Shown here in pieces: positions 1 through 10,231 of a stretch of 56,708 nucleotides of DNA. The position numbers were made by a program, and so were the translations under genes. The notes under the pieces were generated by a model. That model was not told the DNA's origin, did not search any database, and saw only the letters and a program-made list of their open reading frames with translations. Numbering within the stretch: the stretch's first letter is position 1; every line of letters starts with the position of its first letter. The DNA is taken from NCBI GenBank assembly GCA_903836325.1, contig CAILQE010000002.1:1-56708 (forward strand), in the 5' to 3' direction. This DNA is from an uncultured Candidatus Saccharibacteria bacterium (GTDB taxonomy: Bacteria > Patescibacteriota > Saccharimonadia > Saccharimonadales > UBA4665).

Positions 1-318
1 AGCTAATGTATTTTTTCCTGTAATTATATCTGCTTCTGTTTGCTGAATTTGTGAATTTAATTGATCAGCCTGTTGCTGGTTGGCATTAATGATGCCTTGG
101 TATTGATTTATTTGAGCCTGCAGTCTTGAAATAGCATCTTGATAACTAACTGCTTGAGTTTTAAGATTAAATACTTGATTATTGGCATTATTTATCTGAT
201 TCTGACAATCACTAATACTGCCACAGGAATCAGCAACTGTCTTAAAATATACTCCCCCTACCATTACAACTGATGTAAGAGAAATACTTATTAATTTAAA
301 TAATTTGCTTTTTTTCAT
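1..318 (-). CDS. N-terminal 106 codons (gene runs off the window start) of a secreted coiled-coil protein, likely the FtsEX-partnered peptidoglycan hydrolase/activator (EnvC/PcsB/CwlO-like)
   Basis: Not in the ORF track because it is truncated. Minus-strand ATG at 318-316. My translation is MKKSKLFKLISISLTSVVMVGGVYFKTVAD..., a signal/TM segment followed by a Q/N-rich coiled coil (QNQINNANNQVFNLKTQ...QAQINQYQ). It lies directly downstream of ftsE-ftsX, the usual position for such hydrolases. The catalytic domain is outside the window. Confidence 0.45.
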   Translation of the reverse strand, partial: MKKSKLFKLISISLTSVVMVGGVYFKTVADSCGSISDCQNQINNANNQVFNLKTQAVSYQDAISRLQAQINQYQGIINANQQQADQLNSQIQQTEADIITGKNTLA

Positions 319-383
319 ATTTTATTTAATGCTTATGCTTTAATCATAGCAAATCGAGTTATAAAATCAATTGTAGATAAATA

Positions 384-1331
384 TTATTTGATCTTGTTTT
401 TAAGATAACGTCTAGTAGCTACTGCTGAAGATATCGCACCTATAAACATTCCAACGCCCAATTGAATTAAGACAATAATAAAGAGATTGGATTTAAAATA
501 ATTTTCAGCATAAGAAATGTCTAGCAGTCCGAAACTTGTTGCTTGCAGAGTATTAGCTGAACCTGCAAACAAAATATAGATTACGAGCATAGATATTAAT
601 CCAGACATTAATCCATATATAATTCCTTCAACAACGAAAGGTCCGTGTATATAACTTTTATTGGCACCCAGTAATCTCATTATTTTTATTTCATCTCTAC
701 GATTAAATATTGCCATTCTAATTGTATTAAAAATAATAATCACAGAAACAAATGAAAAAATAGCTACTGCGGCAGCTCCAGCTTCTTTTATGATTTTTGT
801 TGCATTAGCGATTTTATCGATAGCTTGCTTACGATCTCCCGAATAAGACGTTCCTGCTTGAGGATCGATTAATGCAGAATACTTCTGCTGATCTATGAAA
901 GTTTTTATTGCCTGAATGTTATTTATATCTACAGGAATAATTTCAATACTTGCAGGCAAAGGATTATTGATAGCGCTAACAGCGTTCATAAGAGATGCAT
1001 TATTAGAATTTTCCGCCTTAAAAATTGCCAATGCTTTATCTTTAGAAATATATGAAATACTTTTAACATTTTTTTGTTCTTTCAATCTATTAGTAAAATT
1101 ATTTAAATCTGACTTAGAAATTCCATCCTTAAGATAAACAGAAACATTAACTTTTGCTCTAATTTGAGAAATGGTGTTATTAAAAGTTGCACTAGCAAGT
1201 ATTGAGAATAAAATTACAGTTAGAGTAATTGACATAACTGCTATTGCAGCTGCGGCTAATGAAAAATTTCTAGTAAATCCAACCGCCCCGTTTTTTAAAA
1301 TTCGTTTAAAAGTATTAGTTTTTCTGCTCAT
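384..1331 (-). CDS. ftsX: Cell division permease-like protein FtsX
   Basis: 315 aa with an N-terminal TM, a large extracytoplasmic domain and 3 C-terminal TMs. Its start overlaps the ftsE stop by 4 nt (1328-1331). Confidence 0.85.
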   Translation of the reverse strand: MSRKTNTFKRILKNGAVGFTRNFSLAAAAIAVMSITLTVILFSILASATFNNTISQIRAKVNVSVYLKDGISKSDLNNFTNRLKEQKNVKSISYISKDKALAIFKAENSNNASLMNAVSAINNPLPASIEIIPVDINNIQAIKTFIDQQKYSALIDPQAGTSYSGDRKQAIDKIANATKIIKEAGAAAVAIFSFVSVIIIFNTIRMAIFNRRDEIKIMRLLGANKSYIHGPFVVEGIIYGLMSGLISMLVIYILFAGSANTLQATSFGLLDISYAENYFKSNLFIIVLIQLGVGMFIGAISSAVATRRYLKNKIK

Positions 1332-2011
1332 AACTTGTATCCCGATTTAGCTTTATCACTAAAAACTTTACCGTCTTTAAGTATTACCACTCTTCTTTTC
1401 AATTTATCTACAATCTCAACGTTGTGAGTAGTTAATAATACCGTTGTTCCAAATCTATTAATTTTTTCTAACACCTGTATGACATCCCATGCGTTCACTG
1501 GATCTAGATTGCCCGTAGGTTCGTCGGCTATCAGAATTTTCGGCTGTCTTACAAGTGCTCGAGCAATTGCTACGCGCTGTCTTTCTCCACCACTTAACTG
1601 ACTTGGCATATTTTTTTCTTTACCACTTAGATTTACGATTGCTAAGACTTTCGGTACTGTTTTTTTAATTTCTTCGTTTGAAGCTCCGACGATCTCAAGA
1701 GCAAATGCAACATTCTCAAATACATTCTTGTTTGGTAATAATTTAAAATCCTGGAAAACTACACCAATTTTTCTTCGAAGCATGGGAATTTTTTTATCCT
1801 TTAGCTTATCATAATCAATTCCTCCTACTATAATTTTTCCATTAGTAGGTTTTTCTTCTCTGGTTAGTAATCTTAATAATGTGGTCTTGCCCGCTCCACT
1901 TTGCCCAACGATAATAACAAACTCTTTTGGTTCAACATGGAGACTAATTTTATCTAATGCTGGTTCAGAACTTTTTGGATATTTTTTTGATACGCGATCT
2001 AATAGAATCAT
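1328..2011 (-). CDS. ftsE: Cell division ATP-binding protein FtsE
   Basis: ABC ATPase motifs: Walker A GQSGAGKTT, signature LSGGERQR, Walker B ILIADEPT. 227 aa, coupled to ftsX. Confidence 0.93.
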   Translation of the reverse strand: MILLDRVSKKYPKSSEPALDKISLHVEPKEFVIIVGQSGAGKTTLLRLLTREEKPTNGKIIVGGIDYDKLKDKKIPMLRRKIGVVFQDFKLLPNKNVFENVAFALEIVGASNEEIKKTVPKVLAIVNLSGKEKNMPSQLSGGERQRVAIARALVRQPKILIADEPTGNLDPVNAWDVIQVLEKINRFGTTVLLTTHNVEIVDKLKRRVVILKDGKVFSDKAKSGYKL

Positions 2012-2029
2012 TAGAAATATTATATCAGA

Positions 2030-3127
2030 TTAATGCTTATCTTTAAGTCCTATATTGGCATTTAAATATGAGTCAATAATCTGCTCTAATTCACCGTCAA
2101 GAATTTTATCTGGGTCAGAAGATTCGAATCCGCTTCTCAAGTCTTTTACCTGCTTATATGGATGTAATACATATGAACGAATTTGATTTCCCCATTCAGC
2201 TGAATGATTTGGACCTTTGAGATCAGCTATTTTTTGAACATGTTGTTCTTTTCTTAAGTGAACCAACTTAGATCTCAGTATAGATAAAGCTAGTTCTCTG
2301 TTTTGCATTTGTGATCTTTCATTCTGAATAGCGACCGTTACTCCAGTTGGAATATGAGTAATCCTAACCGCCGAGTCAGTTGTATTAACACTTTGTCCGC
2401 CATGTCCACCGCTTCTATAGTAATCAATTCTAAGATCTTTATCATCTAAATCTAAATCTTTGGGTTGATCAATTTTAGGTAGTATCTCAACTCTCGCGAA
2501 ACTTGTTTGTCTAAGGTTATCTGAATTAAAAGGACTCAATCTAACTAGTCTATGAACACCGTCCTCACTTTTTAAATTTCCATATGCAAATTTACCTGAG
2601 ATGGTTAGTGTTACGGATTTCAATCCAGCTTCATCCCCTCTGCTTCTATCTAAAACGCTTACCTCAAAACCTATCTTTTCACAGTATCTTAAATACATTC
2701 TCTCTAGCATCTCCGCCCAATCCTGTGCGTCAGTTCCACCAGCACCTGCAAAAATGCTCATAATTACATCGCTAGCATCATATTCTCCGTTATATCGAAG
2801 GTCCTTTTTAAGAACCTCAAATCTATCTTCATCTTTTTTTAATGAAGCGCCAAGATTCTCTTCGATTGATTCATCTTCTAATGCCGCTAAATCTTTATTT
2901 TCTTTTATGCTATACATTAATTCGTTCCAGGGATCTACGATGTTCTTTAATTTACTTATTTCTTGCATAACATTTTTAGCATTTTCATTATCATTCCAAA
3001 AATCTGAACTTTGCGACTGCTTTTCTAGTTCAGCTATTTTAGTATCAATATCTTCAATAGATAACTTTTTATAGACATCAATTACACTAGATTCTAGTTG
3101 ATCTATTTTATTGGATAATTCTGACAT
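2030..3127 (-). CDS. prfB: Peptide chain release factor 2
   Basis: GGQ motif ([24 protein letters not shown]) and the RF2-type SPF tripeptide (RLSPFNSD). 365 aa in one continuous frame with no +1 frameshift site. Confidence 0.95.
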   Translation of the reverse strand: MSELSNKIDQLESSVIDVYKKLSIEDIDTKIAELEKQSQSSDFWNDNENAKNVMQEISKLKNIVDPWNELMYSIKENKDLAALEDESIEENLGASLKKDEDRFEVLKKDLRYNGEYDASDVIMSIFAGAGGTDAQDWAEMLERMYLRYCEKIGFEVSVLDRSRGDEAGLKSVTLTISGKFAYGNLKSEDGVHRLVRLSPFNSDNLRQTSFARVEILPKIDQPKDLDLDDKDLRIDYYRSGGHGGQSVNTTDSAVRITHIPTGVTVAIQNERSQMQNRELALSILRSKLVHLRKEQHVQKIADLKGPNHSAEWGNQIRSYVLHPYKQVKDLRSGFESSDPDKILDGELEQIIDSYLNANIGLKDKH

Positions 3128-3130
3128 TTT

Positions 3131-4417
3131 TTAATTCCAAAGAACTTCAATTTGAGAATAAAGTTTATTAACGAATTCTTCTCCACAATTTCCGAGCACA
3201 CCAAGATCCCAAATTTTTTCTTCGAACATTTTATTACAAATTTCTACTATTTGATCTTTAGTAATAGCTTTTATTCTGCTAGGAATTCTGTAGTAATCGT
3301 TTAGCGTTCCTTCGAAGAAATATCTATTACAATAACCGGCTGAAGTTCCACCTACGGTCTGTTCAGACCTTTGATATCTACCTAGAGAATATTGTTTTGT
3401 TACTTCAATATCGTGTGCAGAAATATCTCCTCTTCGAACTTTGCTGATTTCACTAATAATAATGTCTAGATATTCTGCTGCATTTTTTTCAGATACCTGA
3501 GCTCCGAACCACCAATTAGTAGCATCTCTAGTTCTTAATATGTCACTGCTCATGTCGTATAAAATTCCGCGCTCTCGAGCAGTTCCAAGAATCTTTGAAT
3601 ATATAGTTTCTGTTAAATAAGTAATTAATAAATCTAGCGCATCAGATTCATTTTCTTCTAATTTTCTAGTCATGTAAGTGTCTAGGTATACATACAAGTT
3701 ATCAACAGAATCATTCTTCACGTAAATAGGCTTTTTAGGATTTACCGGCTTTTCTAAAGGAAGTGCATATCTATTTCTACCTTTAGGAAGTTCGATATTC
3801 TCAAGCATTTCTATAAATTGTTTTTTTCTTCCAGGAGTAATGTTTCCAGCTAGAACGAAACGCATATTGCCAGTGTAATGAGTCTTTTTAAAATGTTCTT
3901 TTACGTCATCTACGGAAACATTTTTAATAAGTTTGAGTCTATCGCTATCTGATTTAGCTTTAAGGCCTACAGCTTTTCTAACCTCAATACTTAATCTTCT
4001 AAAATGATTGTTGGCTCTAGCGCTTAATTCTTCTTCGACGTTTCCAAATTCTGATTCGAATTCTTCTTTTAAGAAAAGTGGCTTAGAAATAGCTACTATT
4101 AATAAACTCAGCACTCTATCCCATTCAAAATCCGCACATTCTACTTCGTAAGAAATATCATATATTCCTGTTGAGGCATTTGAATATGCGCCATTTTTTT
4201 CAATTTCTGCATGAAAATCTTTAGCACTCGGAATTAATTGATTAGCTCCAAGCAACACATGCTCCATAAGATGTGGTATTTCCCATTTTTCTGGGTCCAC
4301 TAAATATTCGCCTGCTCTAAAATTAAAATCGTAAGTAAATACGGTTGCGTCAGGTACTGCTATAAATATACCTTTAGCTCCGTTTTTAAGATTAATTTGC
4401 TCAATAGTATGCTTCAT
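3131..4417 (-). CDS. M16 (pitrilysin/insulinase) family zinc peptidase
   Basis: Inverted zinc motif HxxEH (PHLMEHVLLG) near the N-terminus. The 428-aa two-lobed length is typical of M16. Confidence 0.8.
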   Translation of the reverse strand: MKHTIEQINLKNGAKGIFIAVPDATVFTYDFNFRAGEYLVDPEKWEIPHLMEHVLLGANQLIPSAKDFHAEIEKNGAYSNASTGIYDISYEVECADFEWDRVLSLLIVAISKPLFLKEEFESEFGNVEEELSARANNHFRRLSIEVRKAVGLKAKSDSDRLKLIKNVSVDDVKEHFKKTHYTGNMRFVLAGNITPGRKKQFIEMLENIELPKGRNRYALPLEKPVNPKKPIYVKNDSVDNLYVYLDTYMTRKLEENESDALDLLITYLTETIYSKILGTARERGILYDMSSDILRTRDATNWWFGAQVSEKNAAEYLDIIISEISKVRRGDISAHDIEVTKQYSLGRYQRSEQTVGGTSAGYCNRYFFEGTLNDYYRIPSRIKAITKDQIVEICNKMFEEKIWDLGVLGNCGEEFVNKLYSQIEVLWN

Positions 4418-4420
4418 TAA

Positions 4421-7033
4421 TTATTTTTTACGTTTTCCTTGTTTCTTTCGATTTCTTTCGTTCTTTCGATTTTTTCTAATGCTGTCTACCTTCTTCTTAT
4501 TAGAAGTTTTATTCTCTTTTTTAAAATCTTTTTCATCAAATTCTTTTTGATTACCCATAATTTGATTGGCATTTTCAACAGAACTTCTAGCTGCAAGAGT
4601 AAGTTCAGTTTCCATAGCCTTATTCAATTCTTCTTCAGGTATCGGCTCCGCGTAGTACAGTGCTCTTACAACTTCCTGTCGTAAATCAGCCTGCATTTGC
4701 TCAAATAAAATTTGTCCTCTTCTTCTATATTCAACAAGTGGATCTTGTTGACCGACACTTATCCAATGAATACCCTCTCTTAAGTGATCCATGTTTTCTA
4801 AGTGTTGCATCCATAGATTGTCTAGTACTTGAAGATAGATTTCTCTTTCCACTTTATGCATTACTTCTTTACCGAATAGTTTTACTCTCGCTTCATATAA
4901 TTTAGTTGCTTCAGCGTGAAGAATATTTTCAAAATTATCCGCTTCTGCATCAAATATCTTATCGAGATCTTTTTCATCAAATGGGAAGCTATTTTTAACA
5001 ATTTCTTCGAATCCTTCTGTAGTCAATTCGGGAGATTTCATTAATTCCTGGATCTGTTCATCAATAAAAATCTTAATTCTTTTTGAAATATCATCAGAAA
5101 TTAAAATTTCCTTACGCATTGCATAAACCGCTTTTCGGTGCCTGTTCATCACATCGTCATATTGAACTACATTCTTTCTCTGATCAAAGTGATATCCTTC
5201 AACTTTCTTTTGCGCACCTTCTAACGATTTTGAAATAACTCTGTTTTCAATAGGAGTATCATCATTTACATTCAATTTAGTCATTATTGAAGCTATTCTT
5301 TCTCCTCCAAAAATTCTCATCAAATCATCTTCTGTACTTACGAAGAATTGTGTCGCCCCTGGATCACCTTGACGACCAGATCTTCCTCTTAGCTGATTAT
5401 CGATTCTTCTGGATTCATGTCGTTCAGTACCAAGAACAAAAAGTCCGCCCAATTCTTTAACTTCTTCACTCAACACAATATCTGTACCACGTCCTGCTAT
5501 GTTAGTTGCGAGCGTTACTGCACCTTTTTGTCCAGCATTAGAGACTATAGAAGCTTCTTTTTCGTTATTTTTTGCATTAAGAACTTGATGTGGTATTCCG
5601 GCTTTATTCAATAATCCACCAAGGTATTCATTCTTTTCAATCGATACGGTTCCAAGTAATACGGGCTGTCCTTTTGTATAAAGTTGTTTAACTTCTCTTA
5701 CGATTGCATTAAATTTACCTTTTTCAGTTCTATATATTCGATCTGTTCTGTCTAATCTAGCTATTTTTCGATTCGAAGGAATTTCAATTACATCTAGTTT
5801 ATATATCTGATGGAATTCTTCGCTTTCAGTCATAGCCGTACCAGTCATACCAGACAATTTTTCATATAGTCGGAAATAATTCTGGAATGATATTGTAGCC
5901 AGAGTCATACTTTCTTGTTGAACTTCTACTCCTTCTTTTGCTTCAATAGCTTGGTGAAGACCTTCATTATATCTTCGTCCTGCAAGAAGACGTCCAGTAA
6001 ATTCATCGACTATTACAACTTCGCCTTCTTTAGTAACGACGTAATCTTTATCTCTATGAAATAAAGCCTCGGCTCTTAATGCTTGTTGAAGGTGATATAT
6101 TGTTCGAATATTTTCGGACCCATAAAGATTATCTATTCCAAGAATTTTTTCAATCTTATTAATACCTTTGTCTGTTAAAATTACTGTTTTTCGTTTTTCA
6201 TCGGTTTCAAAATGCTTAATCTTCTCGAGCTGTCTTACGACTTTAGAGAATTGTGAATATGCTACACCACTTGTAACACTTGGTGCGCTAATAATAAGAG
6301 GTGTTCTAGCTTCATCAATTAAGATAGAGTCGACCTCATCAACAATTGCAAAATTAAGGTCTCTTTGTCGGATTTGATCAACTTCCCTAACCATGTTATC
6401 TCTTAAATAATCGAAGCCGAATTCGTTGTTGGTTCCATAAGTAACGTCAGCTGCGTAAGCCTCGCTTCTAGTACAAGGTCTTAGATGCCTAAATCGTTCG
6501 TCTTCGTGATCTTTATTTGTGAAGCTCTTATCAAACACATAGCTTTGGTCGGCAATAATCACTCCGGCCTTTAAACCCAAGAAGTCATAAACCTGACCCA
6601 TCCATCCCGCATCTCTTTGCGCTAGATAATCATTAACTGTAACTACGTGCACTCCCTTACCAGTCAATGCATTTAAGTAAACTGGAGCTGTGGCAACTAA
6701 TGTTTTACCTTCACCAGTTTTCATTTCGGAAACATTTCCTTCGTGAAGAACTATTCCACCAATCAACTGAACATCAAAATGTCTCTGCTTTAATGATCTA
6801 GATGCAGCTTCTCGTACCACGGCAAAAGCATCTGGTAAAATTTGGTCTAAGTTTTTCTTTTTTAGTTGCTTCTTTAATATTTCGGTCTGAGCTTTAAGTT
6901 CTGTATCTGTTAATTTTTCGTATTTAGTAGATAAAGAATCTATTTGTTCAACAATTTTTCGGATTCTCTTAATATTTTTAGCCTGATGGTCGCCTAATAT
7001 TTTCTTAAAAATTACATTCATATTTAAAAACAT
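4421..7033 (-). CDS. secA: Preprotein translocase ATPase SecA
   Basis: 870 aa with DEAD-like motor motifs (MKTGEGKTL, DEVDSILIDEARTPLIIS, TNIAGRGTDI). The C-terminal tail is very basic and has no Cys/His zinc motif. An alternative start at 7021 is possible. Confidence 0.97.
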   Translation of the reverse strand: MFLNMNVIFKKILGDHQAKNIKRIRKIVEQIDSLSTKYEKLTDTELKAQTEILKKQLKKKNLDQILPDAFAVVREAASRSLKQRHFDVQLIGGIVLHEGNVSEMKTGEGKTLVATAPVYLNALTGKGVHVVTVNDYLAQRDAGWMGQVYDFLGLKAGVIIADQSYVFDKSFTNKDHEDERFRHLRPCTRSEAYAADVTYGTNNEFGFDYLRDNMVREVDQIRQRDLNFAIVDEVDSILIDEARTPLIISAPSVTSGVAYSQFSKVVRQLEKIKHFETDEKRKTVILTDKGINKIEKILGIDNLYGSENIRTIYHLQQALRAEALFHRDKDYVVTKEGEVVIVDEFTGRLLAGRRYNEGLHQAIEAKEGVEVQQESMTLATISFQNYFRLYEKLSGMTGTAMTESEEFHQIYKLDVIEIPSNRKIARLDRTDRIYRTEKGKFNAIVREVKQLYTKGQPVLLGTVSIEKNEYLGGLLNKAGIPHQVLNAKNNEKEASIVSNAGQKGAVTLATNIAGRGTDIVLSEEVKELGGLFVLGTERHESRRIDNQLRGRSGRQGDPGATQFFVSTEDDLMRIFGGERIASIMTKLNVNDDTPIENRVISKSLEGAQKKVEGYHFDQRKNVVQYDDVMNRHRKAVYAMRKEILISDDISKRIKIFIDEQIQELMKSPELTTEGFEEIVKNSFPFDEKDLDKIFDAEADNFENILHAEATKLYEARVKLFGKEVMHKVEREIYLQVLDNLWMQHLENMDHLREGIHWISVGQQDPLVEYRRRGQILFEQMQADLRQEVVRALYYAEPIPEEELNKAMETELTLAARSSVENANQIMGNQKEFDEKDFKKENKTSNKKKVDSIRKNRKNERNRKKQGKRKK

Positions 7034-7094
7034 TTCTCCCTAAATGATAAGATATTTACTTATAAATTATTATACCCTAAAGGATAAAATTATT

Positions 7095-7451
7095 TTATAT
7101 TTTCTTAATTTTATTTTTTAATAACTTTGCATTTCTTCTAGAAACTTCATGAAGTTCTTTATATTTCTTTATTTGAATTTTCAGTTTTTCTTCAACTATA
7201 TCTATCGCTGCAAAAATATTTATAGTGTTTTCCATAACTACCAACTTAGAATTTGGTAAAAATAAAATTACTTCACACATTGAATGATTAACATTATTTT
7301 TATTATCTTTTAGAATAACTTCTAAATGTGCGGAATCTTTGACTTTTTTTGGTAAATATTTATCTAATTTACCTAGTTTCTTAATGACATATTTATTTAT
7401 CTTCTCATCTACTTCTAAATGCACTCCGGTAATTTCTATCTTTTGAATCAT
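7095..7451 (-). CDS. hpf: Ribosome hibernation promoting factor / RaiA family (short form)
   Basis: 118-aa S30AE/sigma-54-modulation-like sequence, positioned upstream of secA-prfB as in Bacillus (hpf-secA-prfB). Confidence 0.75.
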   Translation of the reverse strand: MIQKIEITGVHLEVDEKINKYVIKKLGKLDKYLPKKVKDSAHLEVILKDNKNNVNHSMCEVILFLPNSKLVVMENTINIFAAIDIVEEKLKIQIKKYKELHEVSRRNAKLLKNKIKKI

Positions 7452-7468
7452 ATTTCCTCGTTTATTTA

Positions 7469-8770
7469 TTACAAATATTCTATTCCGCCCATATACTTCT
7501 TCAGAACTTCTGGAACTTTAACCTTGAAATCTTCTTCCTGATAATTCTCTAGAATAGCTATAGGGATTCTACTTAGTACAATAGCAGTAGCATCATTGGT
7601 GTGCACTAACTCATTAGAGCCACCATCATTTTTCTTATACCGAGTTTTTAATCTTCTAGTCTGAAAATCGGTTAAATAATCTGCTGAATGTGTTTCTCTG
7701 TAGGTATCCTGGCTAGGGATCCATGTATTTATATCTACTCCTCTAGCATTTGGAAAACCAATATCTGCAGTACACTTTTGAATGACCTGATATGGAAGTT
7801 CTAATGATTGGAGAAGATATTCTTGAATTCCAACCATCAATAAATGTTCTTCTTTGGATGTTTCTTTAGTACTAAAAGATTCCATTTCTAATTTATCGAA
7901 CTGATGGGTTCTAAAAATACCTTCCATGTCTTTTCCGTAAGTACCCGCTTCTCTTCTGAAAGAAGTACTGTATCCAACATATCTAATTGGTAATTCATTT
8001 TCTGGTAATATTTCGTCTTTATACATCGAACAAAGACTATGCTCTGCACTAGCATTCAACCATAAATCTTCATCCTGTATTTTATAGGTTACCTCTTCAG
8101 CATTTAACCTACCTGTTGCTTCGTATGCTGTAGTATTTATTAAGGCCGGAGGGATAACCGGAACAAATGCTTTTGAACTAAGATTTAATTTATTATCTTT
8201 TATTATTTTTTTAATAACTTCTTCATCTGATAAATTATCTATTACAAATTGCACTAATGCGAATTGCAATTTAACCATTGAGCCTTTTAGATAAGCAAAT
8301 CTAGATCCAGCTACTTTTGCAGCCCTAGTTTTGTCTAGCCATCCATTTTTTTCTGCAATTTCGACATGGCTCTTTGGTTCGAAACTAAACTTCTTAATTT
8401 CACCAACAGTTTTAATAACGACATTTTCATCTTCACTTTTTCCTACTGGCACATCAGCATCCGCTAAATTTGGTATAGTGCTTAATAATTTATTTAGCTG
8501 CAATTCTATATCATCAAATTTATGCTCTTGGTCGGTAAGTTCATTTTTAATTTTTCGACCTTCTTCAAGTTGTGCATCATTTGGTTTTTGACCTTTATAG
8601 CTATCAGTTAATTCATTTCTTTTTCTTCGAAGATCTTCAACTTTATTTAGTAACTCAAGTCTTTCTTTATCAAATCCGATAATTTGATCTACATCAATTT
8701 TATATCCCTTTTGCTGAGAATTTTTAGCAACTAATTCTGGTTTTTCTCTTAATATTTGTATATCTATCAT
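7469..8770 (-). CDS. serS: Seryl-tRNA synthetase
   Basis: 433 aa with an N-terminal coiled-coil tRNA-binding arm and a class II core (FRREAG, TSF motifs). Confidence 0.95.
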   Translation of the reverse strand: MIDIQILREKPELVAKNSQQKGYKIDVDQIIGFDKERLELLNKVEDLRRKRNELTDSYKGQKPNDAQLEEGRKIKNELTDQEHKFDDIELQLNKLLSTIPNLADADVPVGKSEDENVVIKTVGEIKKFSFEPKSHVEIAEKNGWLDKTRAAKVAGSRFAYLKGSMVKLQFALVQFVIDNLSDEEVIKKIIKDNKLNLSSKAFVPVIPPALINTTAYEATGRLNAEEVTYKIQDEDLWLNASAEHSLCSMYKDEILPENELPIRYVGYSTSFRREAGTYGKDMEGIFRTHQFDKLEMESFSTKETSKEEHLLMVGIQEYLLQSLELPYQVIQKCTADIGFPNARGVDINTWIPSQDTYRETHSADYLTDFQTRRLKTRYKKNDGGSNELVHTNDATAIVLSRIPIAILENYQEEDFKVKVPEVLKKYMGGIEYL

Positions 8771-8808
8771 TGCTTATATATTAACACTTTAGGGTTAGTT
8801 ATATCTAC

Positions 8809-9582
8809 CTATTTTGACTGTTTCTTAGGTGTTAAAGAGTCTAGTGTTAATTGAGTTCGTGATTTAGCATATTCACAGAATTCACAAATTCCACCCATAG
8901 CAGCCCTGCCTACCGGTGGCATTTTATCTTCTAAACACTCTTTCATTTTCATCAAAGTGGGTTCAACCCATGAATCATTGCCTTTGTGAGCTAATAATTT
9001 TGTTCTAAATTCTAGCATATCGCCGAAGGACTCTAAATCTATTCGTGCATTTGTGTAAACGAAATAAGCATCGTTACTTACCTTAAATCCCGCTTTTCTT
9101 AACAACCACTGATAGACTTCAACCTGCCTCTTGTAGCTCTTTTGCCAATCTGCATCTATACTGACTTCACTTGCCTTTGAAGTTGCCTTGTAATCTACAA
9201 CAATTAATTCAGAGTCATTGTTTATCCAAACATCATCGATTGCACCAAAAACTTCAAAATTAGTATTCTCGTCTAAAACTCGTATTCCTTCAAAATTTTC
9301 TCGCCATTTACCTAAATCTTCATGGTAAAAAGGAATAGCATCGATATTATTTTCAGTCATTATTGGATGAGCTTCTTTATTCTTCCTGTATTCATCAAAT
9401 TCTTTTTTAAAAAGTTCGTCTACAGCATTATTTAGGCTGAAAGGTGGACCGTTAGGTCTTTTAATTTTCTTCCTAGCATCAAGCCAGAAACATCTTGGAC
9501 ATTGTACGAATAATTCTATCTTAGATCTACTAAGAGCAAACTTAGAAGCTTGTCCTGGATTATATGGTTCTTGTCGTCGCAT
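8809..9582 (-). CDS. PD-(D/E)XK nuclease superfamily protein, Cas4/RecB-like with a putative Fe-S cysteine cluster
   Basis: Nuclease motifs IDDV...VVDYKATSK and QVEVYQW (QxxxY). Cysteines at CPRC (N-terminus) and C-x17-C-x2-C (C-terminus) resemble the Cas4/AddB 4Fe-4S arrangement. Confidence 0.6.
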   Translation of the reverse strand: MRRQEPYNPGQASKFALSRSKIELFVQCPRCFWLDARKKIKRPNGPPFSLNNAVDELFKKEFDEYRKNKEAHPIMTENNIDAIPFYHEDLGKWRENFEGIRVLDENTNFEVFGAIDDVWINNDSELIVVDYKATSKASEVSIDADWQKSYKRQVEVYQWLLRKAGFKVSNDAYFVYTNARIDLESFGDMLEFRTKLLAHKGNDSWVEPTLMKMKECLEDKMPPVGRAAMGGICEFCEYAKSRTQLTLDSLTPKKQSK

Positions 9583-10213
9583 CTTCTTTAGTCCAATCTA
9601 TTAATTTTGTTTTAAGTTCTTTAGGGTCTTGCACTATTGCATAGTTATCGTACTTAAGGAGTAATTTTGTACTATTAAATCCCCATCCAACTCCAATAAA
9701 ATTTATTCCTAAGGATTTCGCAGCAATCGCATCCCTAGCCTCGTCGCCTACATATATTACATCTTCTTTATTAATTTTATTACTTTTAAGTACTTTGGAA
9801 ATTGATCTCGATTTAGAAAGCAGTCCAACGTTACCATATATCTTACTGAAGTAATTTAAAATTGAATATTTTTTTAGAACAAAATCTATATTCTTTTTGC
9901 TATTAGAACTAAGCACCATCAGATTAATTTTTTTACTATGTAGATCCTTTATTAGGTCTTCTAGTCCTTCGTGGATTTCTAGTTGATTAATTTTTTTACT
10001 CATTTCCCTTCGTCCAAGCGCAACAAGAAAAGGTAATTTCAATTTACTAATTTCTAAGATTTTAGCAGCTTCTATAATAGTATGCTCTCTTATATCGTCT
10101 AGCTGTTTACCGCCAAGCACTTTTCCGCCTATAGCTATTTTACCGATAATTCCGACTATTATGTCGAATGAATCAGCTAAAGTCCCGTCAAAATCAAATA
10201 TTATTGTTTTCAC
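9560..10213 (-). CDS. HAD-superfamily hydrolase (phosphoglycolate phosphatase-like)
   Basis: Motif I IIFDFDGTLADS and motif IV YVGDEARD. The 3' end overlaps the next gene by 23 nt. Confidence 0.8.
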   Translation of the reverse strand: MKTIIFDFDGTLADSFDIIVGIIGKIAIGGKVLGGKQLDDIREHTIIEAAKILEISKLKLPFLVALGRREMSKKINQLEIHEGLEDLIKDLHSKKINLMVLSSNSKKNIDFVLKKYSILNYFSKIYGNVGLLSKSRSISKVLKSNKINKEDVIYVGDEARDAIAAKSLGINFIGVGWGFNSTKLLLKYDNYAIVQDPKELKTKLIDWTKEDATTRTI

Positions 10214-10231
10214 TATATATATTTTACCAGA

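Noticed and set aside
2950-3127. Programmed +1 frameshift site (CUU UGA C) expected near codon 25 of prfB
   Set aside because: The RF2 ORF is continuous from its ATG for 365 aa and has no in-frame UGA. This prfB is not frameshift-regulated, which is true for a minority of bacteria.
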